This document shows, piece by piece, positions 57,021-64,000 of a stretch of 64,000 nt of DNA. A program made the position numbers and the translations under genes. The stretch comes from Spirochaetia bacterium. GTDB taxonomy: Bacteria > Spirochaetota > Spirochaetia > SZUA-6 > Bin103. The DNA is taken from contig OZ241863.1 in the NCBI GenBank assembly GCA_965203055.1, forward strand, positions 3,264,001 to 3,328,000. The letters run 5' to 3'. The first letter of the stretch is position 1; every line of letters begins with the position of its first letter. The notes under the pieces were generated by a model. That model was not told the DNA's origin. It worked only from the letters and a program-made list of their open reading frames with translations, and ran no database searches.

Positions 57021-58121
57021 CTAGCCGGCGCGTTGGGCGGCGCCATTGCCCGCCCCGAGTTGCAGCCAGCCGCGCGGGTCCGGGGCCAATCGCCGCCAGT
57101 GGTCGGTGATGCGGGCGGCTTCCTCGCGGCTGATCTCCCCTGCCCGGAGCGCCAGATAGGAGTAGGGCACCCCGTGCGCGGTGCGATAGGTCAGCGCCCG
57201 ATCCCACATCGTGCTCCACAGGTAGGGATTGCGCAGTTCGCGCTCCGGGGCGCTGCGGCTGCGCGCCACGAAGCCGGGCAGGAACGGCCGCCCGCTGGTT
57301 TCGCCGACCGGCAGGTAGCGGAAGTTGAACGCCCACCGGAAGTCGCCGGCGCTGGTGTTCCGCGTGGCGCTGTGCAGCAGCTTGTTGTCCAGGAACAGCA
57401 CGTCGCCGGGACTCATGGGTATGGTTACCGCGCCCTCCGCGAAGCCCTCCGGGAACGGCTCGCCGCGCACTCCCATGGTGTGGCTGCCGGGTATCACCAT
57501 CAGGCAGCCGTTCTCGGCGGTGGCCTCGGTAAGTGGTATCCAGGCGTTTACGATGCGGCTGGCGTGCGAGTCGCTGAGGCCCGAGATGGCATCCATGTGC
57601 CAGTCGGTCTTGCCTACCTGGAAGTTGTAGAACCCCTCCAGCGCGGGATTGTCCTGCCCGCTGGCCTTGGCGGCCTCCTCTACTTCCCGCAGGTGGCGCT
57701 GCGCCAGCTTCACGTTGACGTGATAGATGGGCGAGGCGAAGATCTCGGGGCCGATGAGCTGCTCCAGTACGTCGAGCAGCCGCGGATGGCGGATGCTGGC
57801 GAACAGTTCCGGCGTCTGCGCCGCCGGCAGGTCGCGGCGCAACCGGAAGTGCTCAAGATAGATGTTGAGCACCGGGTCGAGGTGATGCATCGCCGCTCCG
57901 CCGCTGGCGCCGAGCAGGGTGGCGAAGCGGCGCGGAAAGGGCTGCGCGGCATAGCCGTCGAGCGCCGCCGGCAAGGTCTCGGTCAGGTAGACGTACGCCA
58001 AGGCGTCGATCAGCGCGGTATACGAATCCTTCAGATAGCGGACGTCGCGTTGCGGGTCGAGCAGGCCGCGGACCAACAGATAGCCGTCGGTTGCATACCG
58101 GGATGCGAGTGAATCGGACAT
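57021..58121 (-). CDS. Phytanoyl-CoA dioxygenase (PhyH) family Fe(II)/2OG enzyme
   Basis: DGYLLVRG, WHMD, WIPL...ENGCLMVIPGSH, GDVLF...LHS..N. Confidence 0.9.
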   Translation of the reverse strand: MSDSLASRYATDGYLLVRGLLDPQRDVRYLKDSYTALIDALAYVYLTETLPAALDGYAAQPFPRRFATLLGASGGAAMHHLDPVLNIYLEHFRLRRDLPAAQTPELFASIRHPRLLDVLEQLIGPEIFASPIYHVNVKLAQRHLREVEEAAKASGQDNPALEGFYNFQVGKTDWHMDAISGLSDSHASRIVNAWIPLTEATAENGCLMVIPGSHTMGVRGEPFPEGFAEGAVTIPMSPGDVLFLDNKLLHSATRNTSAGDFRWAFNFRYLPVGETSGRPFLPGFVARSRSAPERELRNPYLWSTMWDRALTYRTAHGVPYSYLALRAGEISREEAARITDHWRRLAPDPRGWLQLGAGNGAAQRAG

Positions 58122-58239
58122 GGCGCCCCCTTCCCCCATACGATGCTGCGCCGGCGCCCGCAGGTCAACCGCTCCGGCGCGCCCGCCCGCGGCGGGCAGG
58201 AAGTGATGGATGATATGGATGATGACGTGATGGGACGTG

Positions 58240-58812
58240 ATGGCTGAGCGACCGGCGGCGCGCCGGAGGATCGACGTTGCGGAGCGGCGGACGCGCCTGG
58301 GCCGCCGGCTGGCGGCGTACGGCCCCGGCACCATGACCGATCTCACCTGGTGGAGCGGTTGGACGGTGCGGCAGACGGAGGCCGCCCTGGCCGCCGCCGG
58401 CGCGGTTGCGGTGGAGCTGGATGAAGGTATCGGCTTCGTGGCCGCCGATGACCTGGACCCGGCGCCGGAGTGCGGCCCCTGGGCGGCGCTGCTGCCGGGG
58501 CTGGACCCGACGGTGATGGGCTGGAAGGAGCGGGCCTGGTATCTGGGCGGCCATCAGGCGCAGTTGTTCGACCGCAACGGCAATGCCGGCCCCACCGTGT
58601 GGGTGGATGGCCGCATCGTAGGCGGTTGGGGCCAGCGCCGCGACGGCGCCGTGGCGCTGGAGCTGTTGGAACCGGTGGCGCCGGAGGCGTGCGAGCGAAT
58701 CGCCGCCGAGACCGCCCGGGTGCAGGCGTGGCTCGGCGAAACGATCGTCACGCCCCGGTTCCGCACGCCCCTCGAACGGCGCCTGGCAGCGGGCCGCGCG
58801 GGCGCGGGCTGA
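58240..58812 (+). pseudogene. AlkZ/YcaQ-like (HTH_42) protein with a large in-frame internal deletion
   Basis: N-terminal RRIDVAERRTRLGRR joined directly to LAAYGP..DLTWWSG and LLPGLDPTVMGWKER..GPTVWVDGRIVGGW. Confidence 0.65.
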
Positions 58813-58979
58813 CCAGACCGGTGCGCGCGGCCGGAACGCGGTGCCGGCCGCCGCGCGAGGCCGCCGCGCCGGGCCGCCGCGCCGGGCCGCCGCGCCAAGC
58901 CGCCTCCCGCCGTGAGCGGCGGGCAGGGGGCAGGGCTGGCTGAGCGCTCCCTGCGTGCGCGTGCGTCCGGCGGCGCTTG

Positions 58980-59564
58980 CTACCCGCGGGTCATGAACTC
59001 GGCGTCGATCTCGATCTCCACCTCGTTGGCGACTACGAGTCCGCCATTGTCCAGGGACCTGCTCCAGGAAACGCCGAAGTCGTGGCGATCGATGGTCGCG
59101 CGTCCCGAAACGCCGATCACCATGTTGCCGCGGAATTCGACCGGTCCGGTGATGGTGACCGGCAGATCGATCTCCTTGGTCACGCCGCGGATCGTGAGGT
59201 CGCCCGTCACCACGTAGCCATCGTCCATCATCGACAGGCCGGTGCTCCGGAAGGTAATCGTGGGGTGGCTGGCGACGTCGAGGAAGTCGGGGCTGCGCAG
59301 ATGATTGTCGCGCCGGCCGTTGGCGGTGTCGATGCTGTCCGCCTGGATGGTCGCCATCAACGAGAACTTGGACATGTCTTCGGGGTCGAAGTGAAACGAA
59401 GCGTCGAAGTCGTTGAACGATCCGGTCGTCTTGGAGATCACCATGTGCGCGACCCGGAAGCCGACGTTGGTGTGGGCCTGGTCGACCTGATAGTCGACGG
59501 CCAACAGAGGCTGGGCGGCAATGAACGCGGCCAGCCCCGCGAAAACGAAAAACCTGCGGTACAT
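58980..59564 (-). CDS. YceI family periplasmic lipid-binding protein
   Basis: Signal peptide; DQAHTNVGFRVAH, SIDT...RDNHLRSPDF, GDLTIRGVTK. Confidence 0.92.
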   Translation of the reverse strand: MYRRFFVFAGLAAFIAAQPLLAVDYQVDQAHTNVGFRVAHMVISKTTGSFNDFDASFHFDPEDMSKFSLMATIQADSIDTANGRRDNHLRSPDFLDVASHPTITFRSTGLSMMDDGYVVTGDLTIRGVTKEIDLPVTITGPVEFRGNMVIGVSGRATIDRHDFGVSWSRSLDNGGLVVANEVEIEIDAEFMTRG

Positions 59565-59793
59565 AGGGGGTACTCCTTGGATGAGATTCGTACCGTAACC
59601 TGATGGCGCAGCCTGCCCATTGTCAAGGAGGAGTGCGCGTGCGGTTCGCGGCCACGCGCGGCCCGGCGCGGCCGCAGGCGCGCGGCTGCGGCGTGTGCGC
59701 CTGGCCGAGTTTCACGGGTCCGCACGCGGCGGCAACAGCCCGCTACGGCGCCCGCGGCCCGGCGCCGGCGCGGTGCTGACGGCGCCAAGCGCG

Positions 59794-60861
59794 CTACGGC
59801 GCCTGCGCCCGGGGGCTGAGGGCAGGCACGCCGAGGCGGCCGGCGAGATCGTCGAGCTGGGACACCGTTCCCTGGTCGAGCGGCACCCCGCCGCGGCTCC
59901 GGGCCTCGAGGGTGCGCAGCTCCGGTTCGCCGGGCAGGAGGATTTCATCGACCCCCGGCTTGCGGGCCGACGACTTGAGCAATGCGATGTACTCCTCGTG
60001 CAGCTCCTCCATCGCGGCGCGCCCGACCAGGGCGTCGGGGTCGGCCGCCCACAGGGTGAAGTTGTTGGAGAACTCGCCGCTGCCGCGGGCGCCGCCGGCG
60101 CGCCCGCCGGCCAGCATGGCGCCGACCAGATCGACGATCACCGACATGCCGTACCCCTTGTAGCCCATGTCGCCGCCCAGGGGCAGCATGGAGCCGCCGT
60201 CGTACAGGTCCTCGGGGCGGGTGGAGGGGCGGCCCTCGCGGTCGAGGATCTGGCCGGGGGGCAGTTCCTTGCCGGCGAAGCGCGCTACCCGCACCTTGCC
60301 CTCGGCCGTGACGCTGGTAGTGCAGTCGAGCACGATCGGGCCGCCGTAGGTGGGCACCGCGACGGCGATGGGATTGGTGGACAGCAGCGGCGTGGTGCCG
60401 CCCCAGGGGGCCACGATGCCGGCGCCGCGGCCGCTGCAGAACACCTGCCCCACCAGTCCCGCGGCCGCCATCCTCCGGGCGTAGAACCCGGCCCTGCCGA
60501 TGTGGTTGGCATTGCGCACGCCGACCACCGCGACGCCGCCGGCGCGCGCCTTGAAGGTCGCCAAGCCGGTGGCCTCCAGTCCGGCCACCTGGCCGAACAC
60601 TCCCGGCGCGTCGAGCAGCGCCGTGGTCGGGGTGTCGCGCACCTTGCGCGGCGTTGCCTTGGGGTCGATGCTCCCCTGCTCGATGGCGCCCACGTACTGC
60701 AGCAGGCGATGCACGCCGTGGGAATCGTGGCCCAGGAGGTTGGAGTCGGCCAAGTGGTCGGCTACCGCACTGCCGTGGCTCGGCGGCGCTCCCGCGGCTG
60801 CCAGCACCGCGAGGGCGAACTCATGCAGAGTGTCATAGGTAAATCGCACTTCTTCAGCCAT
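59794..60861 (-). CDS. Ldh_2 family oxidoreductase (malate/L-lactate/L-sulfolactate dehydrogenase type)
   Basis: GHDSHG, NANHIG, TNPIA, LPLGG...YKGYG, LLPGE. Confidence 0.9.
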   Translation of the reverse strand: MAEEVRFTYDTLHEFALAVLAAAGAPPSHGSAVADHLADSNLLGHDSHGVHRLLQYVGAIEQGSIDPKATPRKVRDTPTTALLDAPGVFGQVAGLEATGLATFKARAGGVAVVGVRNANHIGRAGFYARRMAAAGLVGQVFCSGRGAGIVAPWGGTTPLLSTNPIAVAVPTYGGPIVLDCTTSVTAEGKVRVARFAGKELPPGQILDREGRPSTRPEDLYDGGSMLPLGGDMGYKGYGMSVIVDLVGAMLAGGRAGGARGSGEFSNNFTLWAADPDALVGRAAMEELHEEYIALLKSSARKPGVDEILLPGEPELRTLEARSRGGVPLDQGTVSQLDDLAGRLGVPALSPRAQAP

Positions 60862-61136
60862 ATCAGATGTTCCAGCCCGGATGATAGCACGAATGCCGCC
60901 TGTGGGGCGCGGGCCGGCCGCCGGGGGGCGCACTTCCAATTTGTTGGTACCGGTCCCGCCCTCGAAGCCGCCGGAAAGGCGTAACGAGATCGACGAGGCC
61001 GCCTGGGGCCGTAAGAAGAAACCCTGCCGCCCGACGCCGGCGACATTCTCGGCGGTAGCATCTGACGGAACGTCCAGCCGCTTGGAAATGCGCCGCCGAG
61101 TCACGCCAGCAAGTGGCATCTTCCGGGCCGAAGAAC

Positions 61137-61165
61137 TTGACTCAAGTAGTTTCCATGATTATACT
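61137..61165 (+). promoter_or_regulatory. Sigma70-like promoter of HNH copy 2
   Basis: TTGACT-17 bp-TATACT, ATG at 61172. Confidence 0.7.
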
Positions 61166-61171
61166 TATGTC

Positions 61172-62529
61172 ATGTACAATCATGCTTCCGACGAGGCCGT
61201 CACCACTACCGTATCCGCCCTCTCAGACGACCGCCTGCTGGCGCGGACCAAGGAACTTTCCGGCATCGAACACCATCTCGAAGTGGTCGTGATCGACCAC
61301 CTGCGGGAGATTCAGAAGCGCCGCCTGTATCTGCGCCGCGGGTTCTCGAGTCTGTTCGATTACGCGGTACGCGAGCTGGGTTACAGCGACGCCGCGGCGT
61401 GGCGGCGCATCAAGGCGATGCGGCTCTGCGCGGACGTCGATGGCGTGCGGGAGCGCCTGCAGAATGGCACGATGACGCTGAACGCGGCCGCGCAGTTGCA
61501 GAACGCCTTCGACCGGCAGGAGCGCAAGAAGGAACGGGCGGCGCGTAGCGCGCCGGGCGGGACCGGGTTCGGGGCTGCCGCTCAGTCGCAGGAGGGCTCG
61601 GCGCCGCCGCGGCCGGCGGAGCGGAAGCCGGCGCCGACGCCGGTGCTGGACCCGGAGGCGCGGCGGGAGCTGGTGGAGCAGGCGTCCGGCAAGAGCAGCC
61701 GGGAGGTGATGCAGTTGCTGGCCGAGGTGGACCCCGAACTGGCGGCGCCGGCGGAGCGGGTGCGGCCGCTGGGCGGCGGTCGCTGGGAGCTCAAGGCGGT
61801 GATCGACGATGAGTGCCGGCGCGGCTTGGAGCGGCTCAAGGGCCTCCTGTCGCACGTCGATCCGCACCTGACGTTGGGCAGCTCATGGGGCGGCTGGTGC
61901 GGGAAGGGCTCGACCGCCACGATCCGGCCCGGCCGCCGCGCGGGCGGCGCGCCGCGCCAGCCAAAGGCGCCGAGCAAACTTCGGCGCCGAAGACGCAGGC
62001 GGCCTCGGCTCGCGGCGCTGCCCCGGCAGCGAAGCAGGAGGCCGGCGCGGACAACGCCGCTCCTTCGGCGGCGAAGGTATCGGCTCAGGCGGCGGCGCAG
62101 CCGGGAGACGAAGCCGCTGACCGCTCGGACACTTCGGCAGCGAAGACGGCGACCGACACCACTTCGGCGGCGAAGACGCGGCGCCTCGGCCGGCAGGCTG
62201 CGGCGTGCGCGCAGCCGGCTGCGCCGCCGCGGACCCGGACTTCGGCAGCGAAGCCGGGCGGCGTGACCGGCCGCGCCATCCCGGCGGCGGTCAAGCGCGA
62301 GGTCTGGCGGCGCGACCGCGGCCGCTGCCGCTACGTGGACCGCACCAGCGGGCGCCGCTACGGCTCGCAACACCTGCTGCAGATCGATCACGTCGTGCCG
62401 TATGCCTGCGGCGGCGCCGCCGAGCCGAACAATCTCCGCCTGCTGTGCGCCGCCCATCACCGCTACCGCCACCTCGGCGCCGGATTCGGCCGCCCCGGCG
62501 AGGATCGGCAGGCGCCGGTAGACCGGTGA
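61172..62529 (+). pseudogene. HNH endonuclease copy 2, 1-nt deletion near 61875
   Basis: Highly similar to 5177-6526; ACGTTGGGCAG versus ACGATGGGGCAG shifts the frame; RRCG changed to RRYG. Confidence 0.8.
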
Positions 62530-62686
62530 TTCAAGATCGCCGAGAAACGTCATTTACACTGGGACTGAGCTTGGCCGCCAAGTGGCATGACCTACAACAC
62601 TTACCTACATTTTGGAATGCGCCCGCCGCCGGGCACCCGGCGGGGAGGGCTTGAGCCGGGCGGCGGTACGGTGTTTCATTCCTCAC

Positions 62687-64000
62687 GTGACTGATGCAGG
62701 CAGCGTACGGCAGCGGGCGGGCGCCGCGTTCGACTCGTGGGAGGCGATTGCGGCCGACGACGCGGCCATACGGGATGCTCTGAGGCACGCCAACGTCCCC
62801 GCGCTGCTGGCGGCGTTGGCCCATCTCACCGGCGACCTCGGGCTGCTCCGAGGGGAGGTTCGACCGCGCGTGGTCTGGGGCGACGCGCAGATGGGGCTCA
62901 GCCGGGCGCAGCAGGAGCAGGTGCGGACCCGCGCCCTGGAAATCATCGCCGCCTACCGCGACGGCGGGTTGCGCCCGGCGCCGCCGCCGACCCGCGAACA
63001 GGTGCATGAGATGGCCAGTTTCCTCGTCGGCCGGTCGCTCGGGGAGGACTACGTCGAGTTCCTGGTGACCGAACTCGGGCTGGCCGGCCACGACCCGGGC
63101 GCCGCCGGCTTCCTCCGCGAGGTGCCGGCGGAGCGGCGCACCGGCTTCCACGTGGCGGTGATCGGCGCCGGTATGTCGGGAATCCTGGCGGCGCATCGCC
63201 TGCAGCAGGCGGGCATCCCCTATACCGTGCTCGAGAAGAACGCCGACGTGGGCGGCACCTGGCTGGAGAACACCTACCCCGGCTGCCGCGTCGACACCCC
63301 CAATCACTCCTATTCCTACTCGTTCGCACCCAAGGATTGGCCGCAGTTCTTTTCCTCCCAGCCGGTACTGCTGGAGTACTTTCGAGAGTGCGCCGCCCGG
63401 TTCGGCATTCGCGACCGGATCCGCTTCGCCACCGAAGTCGAGCGCCTCGCGTTCGACGAGCGGAGCCAGACCTGGACGCTCCATACCCGGAGCGCCGGCG
63501 GGGAGCTGCGCCCGCCGCTCCGCGCCAACGCCGTGATCAGCGCCGTCGGCCAACTCAATCGCCCGCGGCTGCCGCAGATCGCCGGCCGGGATACGTTTCG
63601 CGGCGCCGCGTTTCATACCGCGCGCTGGAATCAGGCGGTTGATCTGACCGGCAAGCGGGTCGCGGTAATCGGTACCGGCGCGTCGGCCTTTCAGGCGGTG
63701 CCGGCAATCGCCTCCTCGGTCGCGGAGCTGTTTCTGTTTCAACGTACGCCGCCGTGGGTCAATCCGCGCCCCGACTACCACCAGGAGGTGCCCGCCGGCA
63801 AGCACTGGCTGCTGCGCTGCGTCCCCCACTACGCGCAGTGGTTTCGGCTGCTGCAGTTCTGGCTCACCGCCGAGGGCGCGCTGGCGTACGTGTACCGGGA
63901 CGAGCAGTGGGACGAAGCGGGCAGCATCGGCGCCGCCAACCGCAAGCTGCGCCGCCTGCTGGTCAGGCATGCCAAGGAGTCACTGGGAGATGATCCGGAA
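62687..64000 (+). CDS. Baeyer-Villiger-type flavin monooxygenase (HAPMO-like), runs off the window
   Basis: Manual translation: VIGAGMSG, GGTWLENTYPG, FRGAAFHTARW (FxGxxxHxxxW), VIGTGASA. Confidence 0.88.
   Translation, partial: MTDAGSVRQRAGAAFDSWEAIAADDAAIRDALRHANVPALLAALAHLTGDLGLLRGEVRPRVVWGDAQMGLSRAQQEQVRTRALEIIAAYRDGGLRPAPPPTREQVHEMASFLVGRSLGEDYVEFLVTELGLAGHDPGAAGFLREVPAERRTGFHVAVIGAGMSGILAAHRLQQAGIPYTVLEKNADVGGTWLENTYPGCRVDTPNHSYSYSFAPKDWPQFFSSQPVLLEYFRECAARFGIRDRIRFATEVERLAFDERSQTWTLHTRSAGGELRPPLRANAVISAVGQLNRPRLPQIAGRDTFRGAAFHTARWNQAVDLTGKRVAVIGTGASAFQAVPAIASSVAELFLFQRTPPWVNPRPDYHQEVPAGKHWLLRCVPHYAQWFRLLQFWLTAEGALAYVYRDEQWDEAGSIGAANRKLRRLLVRHAKESLGDDPE

Larger units (their letters stand above)
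60926..62624 (+). mobile_element. Transposase-less TIR-bounded HNH element, copy 2
   Basis: Left GGGCGCACTTCCAATTTGTTGGTA, right TACCTACATTTTGGAATGCGCCC; perfect 9 bp flanking duplication GCCGCCGGG at 60917-60925 and 62625-62633. Confidence 0.85.

Overview
GC-rich bacterial window with no rRNA, tRNA or CRISPR array visible. The gene content (SLBB-repeat export protein, Spondin_N lipoprotein, several Rpn copies, DUF222-like HNH genes, many catabolic oxidoreductases) suggests a host-associated bacterium, possibly a sponge-type symbiont; this is inference only. Two metabolic regions flank a ~23 kb co-oriented minus-strand defence island (28854-51892). The island is built on a type III-like Res/Mod scaffold carrying UvrD + ABC-ATPase + DUF4276 (split-Gabija-like), a broken MNT, Rpn copies with an ISAs1 insertion, an IetA/IetS-like ATPase-subtilase pair, a coupled DUF5131-ATPase-putative nuclease trio, an orphan antitoxin-like gene and a RelE-like-UvrD fusion. 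A second highlight is a transposase-less element present twice (~4749-6626 and 60926-62624). It has terminal inverted repeats and 8-9 bp target duplications, and carries an HNH gene plus differently deleted relics of a type IIG R-M gene. Also present: an IS256 in a mosaic pseudogene and a repeat lipoprotein with a poly-C tract in its N-terminus. All family assignments come from motif recognition by eye, not database searches. Several single-base frameshifts could be sequencing errors.
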